This document shows positions 51,502 through 64,000 of a DNA stretch of 64,000 nucleotides, in pieces. The DNA comes from Lama guanicoe (taxonomy: Eukaryota). The stretch is taken from positions 4,403,992 through 4,467,991 of the forward strand of contig MU053561.1 of NCBI GenBank assembly GCA_013239625.1, read 5' to 3'. Made by a program: the position numbers and the translations under genes. The notes under the pieces are model-generated. The model was given only the letters and a program-made list of their open reading frames with translations. It did no database searches and was not told where the DNA came from. Position 1 is the first letter of the stretch; each line of letters opens with the position of its first letter.

Positions 51502-54500
51502 GTAGGTCTATAGTTTCCTGTTGTCAAGAATCAGTTTATAATTCTGGATTTTCTGATTTCTTGGTTAAATATAAAATTTAAATTTGTTCTCTTCTAAAGG
51601 TATTCTGAAAATGATGTATATTCTCAACTATTAGTCTAAAAATATCAACACTAGATTATTTAATTATTGCTTCTTGTTAGATGAGGACAGTATTTATGGC
51701 CAGAACTGGGATTTTTCACCCAATATTGTGTTTATTAATACATACAGATCTCTTGATTCGTTGATCTTTTAGAAAAACTCCATTTGTACTATTTAGAAGT
51801 TAGAGTTTCAGATAGGAGTGCCTTTTACAATCTTGTTAGAGGTAACCTTGAGTAAAGAAAGCCTACAAGAAAGGGATATTTGAAGGTGAGTAGTACTGTT
51901 TAAAGGGAGAGGAGTCTTTGGTGGAGGTATAGAGCTAACAGAATTAGCAGATTCAAGGAAGTCTGAAAACACATGGTATATATTGAGTAGTCCATTATGA
52001 ACAGTTGAGAGTACACTTTTGTGGGACAGAGAGAGTAACTGGAAAGGGAGGCTTACTGGAGGCAGGTTCTTAAGGGCCCACTTTATTTGGCATTATTTTT
52101 TAGGAAGGTCACCAGATGTTTATAAGCAAGGGCTTAATGAATTTTGTATTTCAAATCTGAGATAATTTATTGCTTCAGATTTTGAGGTTACACATTCAGA
52201 AGTATATCTTTAAAAGACAAGTAGTGCCACTTTTAAGGAATGGGCTAAGGATGGGATGCCCATTAAGACCAGTGGACAGAGTGTAAGAAAGATAAAGTTA
52301 GGGTAAAGGCAGAGAGAAGAGGTAGACACTAGGTGTTTTAATAGTAGAAGTGGTAGAACTATTGACCTATTGCATATGAAGATGAGGCTGGAGGGAATTG
52401 ATTTAGTCTATCCAGTTGTCCAAGTTAGAAACTTTTTTTCGTAGAAATAGGGAAGTTCAGGTAGGGACTTATGGAAATCTGTTGTGTTTATTAGATAGTA
52501 ATCCGAAGTTGAGAAAATATTCTAGTTTGGAATGTTAAAACAGTGGCTGTTTGGGAGAGGTAAGATTGTGGTGGGCAGTGTTCCTTTTTCATCTTTAGTT
52601 CTTAGATTTTTTTAAGATCAGCAGAAATAAAGGTTTGAAATTCAAAAAGGAGTCATCACTTTATAGGTAATAAATGAAGAAGTGCCAAAGAAGAGAATGC
52701 TCAAAGGGATAGAGGTAGTCAGGAAGGAATGTCAAGGAAGATAATTTCAAGAAGTTGATAAACATTTTGTAAAATGCTGCATTGATCAAATAAAATGGGG
52801 AATGAAAACAGGTCATTCCTAGGTGGTTATCTTAAAAGCTTCATCACCATTTCAAGAAGCACTTGAGCCTTTATCTCCAATTTATTTAAAGATTGAGAGC
52901 TTACTGTGGTATTTTATTTGTTCCTTTCTACTTCTCTTTAAAAATAATTTTTGACTGTCATCGATTGTGCTGGATTGGTAAAATAATGGAGATTGAAATT
53001 GTACTGTTTTATCTTTACTATTCAAAGAGTAAAAGACTGGATGCTAAAGCTTTCATTGACATGACTTATACAAATGGATTAAAAGCAGAAGGGCTTTTTG
53101 TTCAGCCTAATTTTTGTCTTCTTCTGAGTGTTAATTTATTACATGAACATTTTAAAATGTATAAATAAACCCACATGCTCCCATAGCTGTCAGAAGTTAG
53201 GTTGTATATGTTAATTCATGTATTTATAAACATAACAGTTGGGGTGAGAGATATTAACAGTAAAACATGTTCTTCTTGTACAGTTGTGAATTATTCCAAT
53301 TAAAAAGAGTACAGTTAAGGAAACAGATTTGGTAATGCATTAGAACACCAGATTTTTAGAGACTTCTGGAAAAAACAGTAAAAGTAGTACATAATTAGGA
53401 GTGAATAAATATCGAGGAGTGGGATTGGCCCTAAAAATATCAAGGAAGAATAAGGCTTATAAGAAGTTTGGTTGGCATGTAAAGACAGACATGATTGCTT
53501 TGGTGAGAATTTTGATCAAGACAGTTTAAGGTGACAGAAGAAAGCAAAGATAGGAACATTAAAAGAAAACTGAAGCCCCAGGTAAATGAGAAGATAACAG
53601 GGTAACTTGCTATAATTGTGGAAATAGCTGATGGAGACTTGTGACCAGAATCTTGATTGTTTTTTCAGAGTTAGGTATGGGAACTTCAGATCTTGCTCTC
53701 TATCCCTAGCAAAAGTCCAGGAGCAAACAGGTAAAAAAAAAAAAAAAAGATTTCTAAAAGGCCATTTGACAGTATCTCATGATAGTATAATGATTAGTTT
53801 GGAGAAATACAGATTGGGTAATAAACATTCAAAGGCTTTGACTAATGGACTGATTTTTCAGAGAATTCTCTGGGTATGTGCTGCCAGATTCTATCCTTGC
53901 CCTACTTTTAAAAAATATTTAGTAATAAGTAGTTATGTGTGTACTTAGGTACTATGCACTTCAGGTTTTTGTATGAAGTAACCCTAACCATCCCAGCAAC
54001 CCTGTGAGGTAGGTATTAAGGAAGGACATAGAATGCTTAAAAGATAGCTTACAAAGGCTAATAATTAAAATTATCCCTATAAGTTGGAACTCCAGGTTAA
54101 CCAACAAAAGAAATTTAAAAGCATTAGATTAGTTTTTTCTTTCTTAGCAAATGATCAGTTCTAGAAGAATTAAAAGGAGAAAACCTGATTTTACTAATTT
54201 ATTAAGAAATGATCTGGAGAGTTTTTTTTTTTTAAGTTATACAAAGTTTCTAAAGACTAAGCATAATCATTCACTACTCTCTATATATTGGTCAGGATAC
54301 AATAAGAATAATAGTGAAATATGCTTTAGTGAATAATTGTTTAGAACATACCCAGAAGACAGCAATTAGTATGCAAAACGGTTGCATTCAGAAAACTGAA
54401 AGGAACAAGAAGTTAAGGGAAATTATATGTAGGTTAAGAATGCAAAGTCATTTTTTAAAACTCTTATAGTGAATTAGGTTGCCTTTTCTAAACTAATTCC

Positions 54501-55725
54501 TTTTCAGTGTGAGGCAAGCAGAGTAGGTTAGAAAGGGGCAGGGGCGGGGGCAACTCAGTGATGTTACAAGAAGAAATTACAAATCATAGAATTTTGATTT
54601 TTCCCCCCCCCAGGGAATTCAAAAATCACTTAGGCCATCGGTTTTCATATGAGGAAACAATCCCAGAGAAGTTAAAAGTGTGGGAAACAAGACTAAGTTC
54701 TATATTCTTCAAGGAAATTTAGTTGATTTCTTGAACTAGAAGTGAATTAAATTTAACTTAAAGGTCTTTACAAATTTTTTTTTAAGGGGATTAACGTTAT
54801 TGGGATGGGGACTTTTCTCTCCTCTGTTCACTATTATAGAAGTAGAACCTAGAACAGTACTGATGTATTGTAGGCACTCAGGTTCTGGTTTAATGTATAA
54901 GGCAGTGGTTAAGAATTCCAGCCATGGAGCCAGTACTGGATTCTGTTCCCATTTACCATTTTTACCTCTGTGCACTTAAAATGCCATCTAAGTGTTTTCT
55001 CATCTTTGAGCATTAAATTAGATTTTCCTGGTCTTTCCTTTTTTAAATACAGTTGAAGTCATACTATGTGAGTTATATTATTTTTTGTCATATAAATTAC
55101 TGTGACTTCTTGAACCAGTGTTAAGACTTCAGATTATTTCCAGGAATTTGTTACTAAAACATTTCAGTGACACGTTTTTGTGTATAAGTTTGTCCACATT
55201 TCACACTTCCCCAGGATAGGTTTCCTGCAGTGGAATTAATAACGAAAACACCTCCACATTTTGGTACATGTTGCTAGACTATTTAGAAAGGTTGTACCAG
55301 TTTACCACCGTAAAAGTATATGAGCACGTTCTTAACCTACTTTCTCAGTATCTTTTATGTTTGGTAGTTTTATCTTTTAATTTTTTTATCTTTTAATCTT
55401 TTATCTTTGGTTTGATAAATGAATAATTTGTTTTATCAAAACTTTTGCTTGCCAAAATTGAAGTTTATATGTTGTGTAGTTAGTGATATTTTAAGACTAT
55501 TTGTCTTAATGTCTTTCTGTAATTAAACAGATGAGTGCCTGCATTTTGCCAAGCACTGTCTAACACTGGGGATTAGCCTTGAACAAAAAGTTCCTACTCT
55601 CATGGAGCTTATGTTCTAATAGTTTCTAATTCTTACTGATTTGTTTAAATTCTTTAAGATACACCCATATATTTACATTTGCATTTGTTCTCTTTAGATG
55701 TGAATATAAAAGCTTGTACTTTTTA

Positions 55726-55862
55726 AAGTTTTTTATTTTATTTTTTAAATTTATTTGGGGGGAGTGTAATTAGGTTTATTTATTTATTTATTTTAATGGA
55801 GGTGCTGGGGATTGCATGCTAAGCTAACCTAAGCACACTGCCATTGAGCTATCCCCTCCCCG
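55726..55862 (-). mobile_element. tRNA-derived SINE, Vic-1 type, with internal deletion in the B box
   Basis: Same taattaggtttatttattt tail and GGGGAGGGGATAGCTCAATG head; degenerate TSD AGCTT..ACTTTTTA at 55711 and 55864. Confidence 0.7.
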
Positions 55863-57960
55863 CAGCTTACACTTTTTATATAATCAAATATTGACCCTTT
55901 GCATTTTTTCTGTTGATTTCAAAGCTAGAAAGTCCTCTTTCCAAAAACTACATGCATTTTAAATTAATGTTTGTTAAGGTGTTTAATGAATATTTTTTGT
56001 ATGTTGTGAGATGAGCAACTAAATTGATTTTTTCCCCCTATTTAAAAAAAGCCAAATAACTTTTACATGTTGGTCCATTCCTTCTGCACACCCTTTCCCC
56101 TTTTTTTCTGGTGTTGTCTTTATCTTTTTATAAACAAAGATCTGTTGTTGAGAGATCTACTTTTTCCATTGCACTTTTTACGTAATCATGTGGTGGTTTT
56201 GTTTGTTTTCAGTGAGCATCCGTTTTGTTTAATGGTACTTCTTTAGTCTTAATGGTGCTGGTTAAGAAAAATTTAGAAATTCTTTTAAGGGAACAGTGTT
56301 AGCATATTGTCTTATCTAAAGTTGCTTGAGTAGTATATAGTATATGGTTTCCCCTTTTAAAAAAGTCCCCCAAATGGATAAAAGCTAGAGTAAAAAACTT
56401 AAGTCAGTAAAGATGCTAGGAGAAAGGAAAAATTCTTTTTCAATTCTGTTTTGATGTGCTCGTCTAGAAGTGAGATATGATTCAGGTAATACAGCCCAAA
56501 TTCCAGTACCCTCATTAGGGAACCCTTAGAAGGAAATGATAGCTCAGATCCCTTCTGATTCTGATTCATTTTCCCTTAGGTTGAGAAAAACAGGAGTCTT
56601 ATCTCCTATCTACAGATAGGGCTAGTAGGACTGAGGACTTGAGAATGTAGTTTTTGCACCTTCCTGGCCTGTATATTACAGATCATATCATTGCATTCTT
56701 ATTTGTATGGTGATAAGAACTACAGTTTAAACCTGAAAAAGCACAGCTTGAAAGTCATCACCTAAGTCAATGATGTGGAATAGTGCTCTTCAGTATTAAT
56801 TTGATAATACTGTTTAGCAAGGAAAGCATGTATAGTCAATATTTACATGTGTAGATATTTATAAATTGTGTGATTATATTACTACATTTGCACTGTAAAG
56901 CAGTGCGTCAAAGAAAGAGGAGAAATACTATAAAAATAGCTTACCTGTTAACAGTGCAGAAACTTTCCAACCTCACCAGAAATATTATGTATGTCTGGAT
57001 GTGTAGTTTATAAGTGCTTAATTTAAAAACTTTATATTATCATGAATTAATATACGAAGAACAGTATGCATTTGTGTGTTTTATTACTATTAGTATACGT
57101 CTGTATCGTAGTCTTAATCTGTAATGTTTTGGCAGATTTGTCAGATGTTATTAAATGGTCATTTATTTCACAATGTGGAGGTTAAAAGAACTAGTACTAG
57201 AATTAGAGGTGTCTCCTCCCAGTATTCTTGCCTGTGATTGCTTTATTAACGTTATCTTCTAAGATTCTTCTATGGAAATCTTTTTCAACAGTTTGTCTAT
57301 TTGTGAGGGTAGTTTAGTTAATCTGGATAGCTAAATGTACACTTAATGGGGGAAATGTAAACTGTCATATGCTGAAAGTAAATGAGTGAGGGCTTCACTA
57401 TTGATCTCTTGTTGGGGTCTTCACTCTTACCTCAGAATACATGAGTAATATGTGACACCTGATGTGATCTGACATACCAACTCAGCAAGGCCTCTCTTGT
57501 GAATACATAGTAACTACTTATATAAGCTAATTTTTATCTCTGGGCAAAAAATGTGTCCTACTGTTTTCTTTCCACATCCCATTGGATTATCCTGTGTGTA
57601 CCCTACTTTAGGGAGACAGGTGATTGAAAATATTGGATTCTGTGTAAAGTTGTGGGACATTGAAAAGTTGGTATGAATTGTTTCACTGTAGCAACCACCA
57701 GAGTCCTTACGGCATTTTAAAAATTGTAAATGTTATGGACTAGGAGGTTGTATAAGGGCTTTAAAAAATAAATTTCAGTTTGACCTTTTAATGTTAATGC
57801 TATAATTTTTTATCGAAAGAAATCTGATTAAATGAATTATATTTTGCTAAAGTAACCTAATAGTAAATCTTTAAAGATAAACAGGTTAACTGTAAAATGT
57901 GTTAAATTTGTTTTTGATCATAGTTCTAAACATTGTGCTATGTTGTCACAGCTGTTTGAG

Positions 57961-58098
57961 ATGGAGAACGTTTTTACTGTGTCATCAGATCCTCATCCCC
58001 CTCCTGCAGCCCCTCCTTCACTTTCTTTACCTTTATCTTCATCTTCTACCTCATCTGGGACTAAAAAACAAAAGAGGACCCCCACGTATCAGAGATCT
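57961..58098 (+). CDS. CSDE1: CSDE1 optional exon (exon 57952-58098) encoding a 46-aa N-terminal extension
   Basis: cacag|CTGTTTGAG ATG GAG AAC...AGA TCT|gtaagt; MENVFTVSSDPHPPPAAPPSLSLPLSSSSTSSGTKKQKRTPTYQRS, phase 0, in frame with MSFDPN. Confidence 0.88.
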
Positions 58099-59742
58099 GT
58101 AAGTCAGGGAAGCAGTCATCCAAGCTTATTTTTCTTTGTGTTAAGAGCATGGCTGAGAAGAGTCACTCAGTTTGATTGAAATACCCTGCAAACTCTCTAA
58201 CTTTTCTAAAAATTTCCTTCACCTTGAATCTTGAAAGACAAGTTTAGTAGTTTAGGGCCTTGCTACTCAAAGTATGTCCAAGAATCAGAAGCCTTGGTAT
58301 CAATGCTTGGAACCTTGTTAGAAATGGAGAGTCGCAAACTCCTGCTCCCGCTGAATCAGATTTCCTATTTTACTCAGATCACCAGGTAACTTTAAGTTTG
58401 AGAAGCCCTAGTTGAGAATCCATATTGTAGAGGTAGCTCTTCTTGATTTGAATCCTCTGTCATTTGACTTTGGCAAGTGATTCAGTATCAATGTCTTGTT
58501 TCCTCATTGGTAAAATGGGGACATAACTTTCTCATGGGCTTTTATAAAAATTAAATGAGTTAATAGATGTACAACACAGAACAGTGTCTAGCATGAAAGA
58601 ACTAGAACTTAACCACTTACAGATAGCTTTGATTTGCATGATTTGGCCATCCCACGTAGTGTTTAACTACTAACAACTTCGGTTTATCTTTCTAGAATTT
58701 CAGTCATCTTTTTTCTAATGAAAAATGATTTTATTAATGTTCAACATCACACTGAAATGAAAATGCTTATAAGTCAAATTTTCAATGAAACTGTCTAAAA
58801 CTAGTTGTAAGGATGTGGATATGTTGCTGTAGTAAATCAGTTACAGACCTCACGTTTCCTAGGGATTTTTCTCCTCTATCTGATGCTTCACTTAAATGAA
58901 GTGAAATATTCAATGTGATAGATAGTATCTGGTGATTAAACAGGCCCAGTGCATTGTATTTAAATATCACTAAAGAATGTTTTATTTGCTTAGCTGATCA
59001 TGGAAACAAATGACAGTATTTAGAGATTTCATTGGTGTCTGAAATAGGTGAAAAGATTTCTTTAATTGTACCTGTGAAGTGATTGAACATATTTAGAATT
59101 GAGGGAGCTTTTGTTGTCTTGGAGTTGTGCCTGAAAACTTGTTTTCTAACTCGTTTTGAGTTATATTCTATTAATGGACCTGAGCATGCATTCATTTTCT
59201 AGTTTGAAAAAAGTATTGCATAGAAAGTTTTGTTGTTTTAGTCTCTACTAACTTAAATAATTAGTTTCAAGATGCATAGGTTACCAAGCAGTGTCAAGGT
59301 TTCTGTTTACATTTCAACGTAAGTGTTAATAAATTTCTTAAGGAAATATTCTGGTAGTTTGTGTTTCCGTCTCTTGAATATTAATTACCTTTGTTCTGAT
59401 ATGTTTGTTTTAATCATTTAAAGGTAGTATAAAGACAGCTTTTACTTATGTAGTTGCTTTGTCTTAATATTTAAACTCCAGAAATTGTATTTGTCTGGTA
59501 AGTGAAAATTCTACCATAAATTGGGATGGTTCCTCCAAATAATTTGATAAACTTCTTCTGAAATGTATTAGCTAAATTAACATTTCAGTAATCAAAGCAC
59601 ATGATCTTCCTTTTACCTGTTTTACCTTTATTTTCTTTGCCTTTTTATGTTAAAAATTCAGGGTTTTGTTAATCAGACTTAGTGTGCTATGGAGATAATG
59701 TACAAATCTGTATATATTGAGTTATTCTTCTTTTTAAAACAG

Positions 59743-59941
59743 ATGAGCTTTGATCCAAACCTTCTCCACAACAATGGACACAATGGGTACCCCAATGGTA
59801 CTTCAGCAGCACTGCGTGAAACTGGGGTTATTGAAAAACTGCTAACCTCTTACGGATTTATTCAGTGTTCAGAACGTCAAGCTAGACTTTTCTTCCACTG
59901 TTCACAGTATAATGGCAACCTACAGGACTTAAAAGTAGGAG
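59743..59941 (+). CDS. CSDE1: CSDE1 first canonical coding exon
   Basis: aaacag|ATGAGCTTT...GTAGGAG|gtaatc, 199 nt. Confidence 0.95.
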
Positions 59942-62265
59942 GTAATCTGTCAGTTCTCCTTTTTATAAAATTAATCACAAATTTCCCTTGTCAGCTTACT
60001 CATGAGAATGTTCTACGTTTGGCCTTTTAATCGTACCAGTTACCAAGGTTTGTGTAAACTTAGCAGAATCCTGATACCTATTTTGGTGGTGGTCTTTTTG
60101 AGGGTTGAAAGGGTAATTGACTAAAAGATATCTTTGGATAGTTTTTAAATAGACACTTGGTAGATATAGTTGTTATTCCCCTAATAATGACTGTTTAGCT
60201 ACATATTAGATTTTAAGCCAGTGAAAATATTGAACTTATCATGTTTTAATTATTCCACCAGGTACTAGTTTGGGTAGTACCTGAAAAAACTTAACTTACA
60301 ATGTCATCACTTGGACTATGTAGAAATTCATTTTGACTGACACCATAGAAATCCCCTTCACATGTGAAAATGTATGGCTTATTAAAGGACTGACATTACA
60401 AGGTCTCAGTGTGTGTTTTTTAAAATATCTTTAAGAAAAAAGTCAGAACAATAGTTAACATGAATATTTGGCATACCAAATAGTCTAAACTGTACAAGAG
60501 TGTTACTGTGTTATTTTGGTTAATCCTCATTTTACAGCTGAAGAAACTGAGGTATAGGGAGATTTTTCAGGGTTCTGGGGAAGCCAAACCTCATGGTCAT
60601 TATATTGCATCCTTTGCAGTATGTGAGAATGCCATGAAAACTAAGATATAGCTACCTTGGTCAAAACAGTTGTTCTGAAAGATTAGTATGTATCAGAATT
60701 ACCTACATGACTTGTTAAAATACAGATTGCTGTACCTGATGCCCAGTTTGTTTTTGAGTAGGTCTGGAGTGGGACCTGGGAATTTGCATTTCTGCTATGC
60801 TCCAGGTGATGCTGCTGCTGCTGCCGGTTCAAGGACCACACTTTGAGAATCACCAGTCTAAGGAAACTCAAATGCTGCATTAAGTTTAGCTTGAAAGTGA
60901 GATACCATTTTACCAAAATTAGTCCAACAAACACAACACTCTGTTTATTTTAGATGATGTTGAATTCGAAGTATCATCTGACCGGCGGACTGGGAAACCC
61001 ATTGCTATTAAACTGGTGAAGATAAAACAAGAAATCCTCCCTGAAGAACGAATTAATGGACAAGTTAGTGACTTTGATGCTTTACGTTTTCTTAGGGCCC
61101 TGCATTTGCATATCTTTCACATTAGAAAAGGAAGATTCTTCCCCATCTCCTCAGTTTGCACGCAAGAGAGCTATAGTATATAAAAGTTACCATTTTAAAA
61201 TTATATCAGAAGCACTGGCATTCCTTGACCTGAAATAAATATATGGTCAAGACTCAATTTGGGTTTTTACATATAACCCTAAGTCTATGCTTACAGTCAG
61301 TTTATGTACTGTAAGTGAAACTTGGCAGCATGACATCCTCTTGTGGATCATACTAAAATGCATCCCTATGTATAGTATAGAGGATATTAAAATTCAGTTT
61401 ATATTGCACAGTGCTGCTCCTGAAATGATTAGCAATGGAAATTTTTTTTTTTTTGACTGGTAGGTTGTGTGCGCTGTTCCTCACAACTTAGAGAGTAAAT
61501 CTCCAGCTGCCCCGGGTCAGAGTCCAACAGGGAGTGTATGCTACGAACGTAATGGGGTAAACTTGTGTATTTTTCTTAAACCTTTGCCTGATCCACCATG
61601 TGATCTATAAGCGTACTTTAAAATTCAAAATAGAAAACGTAAGCTGCAGTTGATAAAATCAGTTTTAAATTTGGTTTCAAAGAGGCTTCAAGTGCAGCAT
61701 AATCAAAAAATTTAAAAAAATAATAGGACTTCCAAGTGTCTTAGCTTGCCCAAGTGTGACCTTAGTTAGAACATTAAGGTAAAATGCTTCTTTTACTCAC
61801 TTTTTTGGGGGTTGTGGGAGGGGATCTTTTTTCTGGTTCCTTTTAAGCACTAACTCCAGCTTTTTTTGTTTGGAACACCTTATATAAAAGTTGTTTTTTT
61901 TGAATTGTAACTACAACCTCTGGGCAAATGCTTCCGTGTGTAAGCTTTTTGAAGTTGGATTGCTGCTCAGCTGTGGACTCGCAGAAGTCATCAGCACTAT
62001 GGTGGGGAATTGTGTTTATATGAATAAACTATGTACTTGTCAAAAGGCATTTAATTTTAAGAAATTGGCTTAAAATGCCAGTTTAAGAAGTATTTAACAA
62101 AGTAAATCACAATATGCAGAGAATATGCATCCTGCCAATATAGTAATAATAACTTCTTAATTCACAGGAAGTGTTTTATCTGACTTACACCCCTGAAGAT
62201 GTCGAAGGGAACATTCAGCTGGAAACTGGAGATAAAATAAACTTTGTAATTGATAACAATAAACA
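59743..62265 (+). CDS. CSDE1: Cold shock domain-containing E1 (UNR), 3'-partial; join(59743..59941,60954..61063,61464..61556,62168..62265), continues beyond window
   Basis: MSFDPNLLHNNGHNGYPNGTSAALRETGVIEKLLTSYGFIQCSERQARLFFHCSQY (cold-shock domain with RNP-like GFI and FFH motifs); exon phases consistent. Confidence 0.97.
60690..60856. mobile_element. MER5A-like hAT MITE (similar copies at about 49205-49395 and 58262-58410)
   Basis: atcagaattacct...gtaggtctggagtgggacctgggaatttgcatttct...gaccacactttgagaatcac. Confidence 0.75.
60954..61063 (+). CDS. CSDE1: CSDE1 coding exon
   Basis: ttttag|ATGATGTT...GGACAA|gttagt; DDVEFEVSSDRRTGKPIAIKLVKIKQEILPEERINGQ. Confidence 0.95.
61464..61556 (+). CDS. 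CSDE1: CSDE1 93-nt cassette exon (31 aa)
   Basis: ggtag|GTTGTGTGC...AATGGG|gtaaac; VVCAVPHNLESKSPAAPGQSPTGSVCYERNG; phase 0/0. Confidence 0.93.
62168..62265 (+). CDS. CSDE1: CSDE1 coding exon
   Basis: cacag|GAAGTGTTT...AAACA|gtaagt; EVFYLTYTPEDVEGNIQLETGDKINFVIDNNK. Confidence 0.95.
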
Positions 62266-64000
62266 GTAAGTTTTTTCCCCCACCTTTTTTTTCTTTTTAC
62301 AATAAATTTGAAGCAAGGTAAAACCTAACTTGTAAATCTAGATAATTTTCATAATCTTTTAAACTTTATTCATCAGCTAAGCATTTGAGGGGCAGTTCTA
62401 TGACAGGCACTGTGCAGGGTGTCAGAAATAGGAAGATAATTAAAGCATGGTCAGAGCTTTCAAGAGCTGTTCTAGAATTAGTGAAGGTTTTGCCAAAACA
62501 GCAGTGCTTGTGGTAAGTTTTGAGAGTAGGGTGTGAAGTCACTAGGAAGATGAGAAAAACATCTGGGTAGAGGAAGTATCATTTGGGGGAAATGGCCAAA
62601 AGATTGTGTTGTTTGAATTGACTGGATCATTAGAAAGATGAAGTTTGAGCTTGATTCGTTAGTCATGGGAATCTTTGAAGGACTTTAAATGGAGGAGTAT
62701 GATTGATTGTGCTTGTTGGAAGTGGTGGAGATGGTAGGCTTTCGGAGAGTAAGGATGCTCTAGATTAGAGGCAGTGGTATGAGAGTTAATATGAAAGATG
62801 AGGGTCTAATACAGATAGGCTATGGGTGGTTGAGTGTAGAAGTCAAGTCATGTCACACTGAAAAGATAAAATCACCAAATTTTAATCATTTTTTAGATAG
62901 AGGTTTGTGTCTCTACTAAGGGAAGGGGAGTCATAAATGCCATTTTTCTGGCTTAGGCTGCTTGCGGTTACCATTAACTGGACTAAGGAGACAAAGCAGA
63001 GTATTAAGGGTGAAAGAAGAATGATACTAATTGGCATTTTGAGTTTGAGATGTGTGTGGATGAAGATACTGAATATGCATTTGCGTGTATAGATCAGAAC
63101 AAGCTAGTGATGGGCATGAGATAGAGCTGTTGAATTCACTGACATAAGCAGTTAAGGAAGGTGTACTTAAGAAAGCACAGTGGTGATTATTTTTACTTTG
63201 GAGTGGGAGAAAGTACAGAAGGAAGTTAAAAATAGGAAGTTGGAGAGAGTGCTAGGAATGGGCTTTCAATGGTTGTTCGGATGGAAAAGTCCCAAGAGCA
63301 TGGGCCGGATTATTAGCCTTGAACCTTACCTCTTGTAAGACTAGAAGGAATCAGATTGAGTTGTGGGTATGGATATTTGTAGTTCTAGTCTGAGGCCTCC
63401 CTTTAATCTCAAATAGGAAACTAGGGAATAGGGCTTGAGTTTGGGAGGCGTGGGGAGCCAATGAAAGGGTTTCGTTTAACCTTTACTAAGTTCTTGAATG
63501 TGCTAAGCACTTGTACTGAATATTTTATGTACAGTTGTTAATCCTCAGAACAGCCTCACGTGATGAGTTTCATCTGTAAAATGAAGTACATTCTCATAAA
63601 GTAACTTGCCTAAAGTCATACAGCTTTTATATTGACATTTGAATCCCAATCTGGCTCTAAATAAAGCCTTTTCACTGTAGTAAATTGCGGAGGCAAGTAG
63701 GATTTTTTTCCAGCGTCTTTGTTAGTCTTTTACATTTTTGAAATAAAAAGCACAATTTGGCTATAGTTTGTTCATGAGGAGTTAAGGGAAGTAATTGCTT
63801 GGTCTGCAGATCTTAAAAACAACCACACCAACAAATACTATTGAATCTTATATAGTCTATGCCATCTTTAAAAAGAAATCAGATTTACGTTGTTGCTGCT
63901 CAAAGATGGGGACAGTATAGCAACATGTGATGTCTCTCTTGTCAGTGGAGGTAAATGTTATTATTTAAATCATAGGAAATTTCTCCTTTAATCACTGTGT

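Noticed and set aside
60259..60283. 9-bp hairpin CAGGTACTA...TAGTACCTG in a CSDE1 intron
   Set aside because: Stem of this length is expected by chance in 64 kb; no snoRNA or miRNA hallmarks

Overview
Mammalian genomic DNA, probably camelid because three Vic-1-type tRNA-derived SINEs are present. The window holds the complete 5-exon SIKE1 gene (+, CDS 29285-33861, 207 aa, or 211 aa with an alternative donor) and the 5' part of CSDE1/UNR (+): CpG-island promoter near 44.1 kb, two non-coding exons, an optional N-terminal-extension exon and four further coding exons up to 62265, with the gene continuing past the window. The rest is mostly interspersed repeats (L1, L2, MIR, MaLR/ERVL LTRs, hAT elements). 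The most unusual element is a decayed Ty3/Gypsy chromovirus (sushi-like) pol fossil on the minus strand at about 20.3-22.4 kb, which the ORF track does not reveal. Hand translation across frameshifts gives RT (weak), RNase H, integrase core, GPF motif and a C-terminal chromodomain in the canonical order. Two tailless tRNA 5'-half retrocopies (Glu and Gly) lie in SIKE1 and CSDE1 introns. Repeat subfamily names and homology comparisons are from recalled consensus sequences, not database searches.
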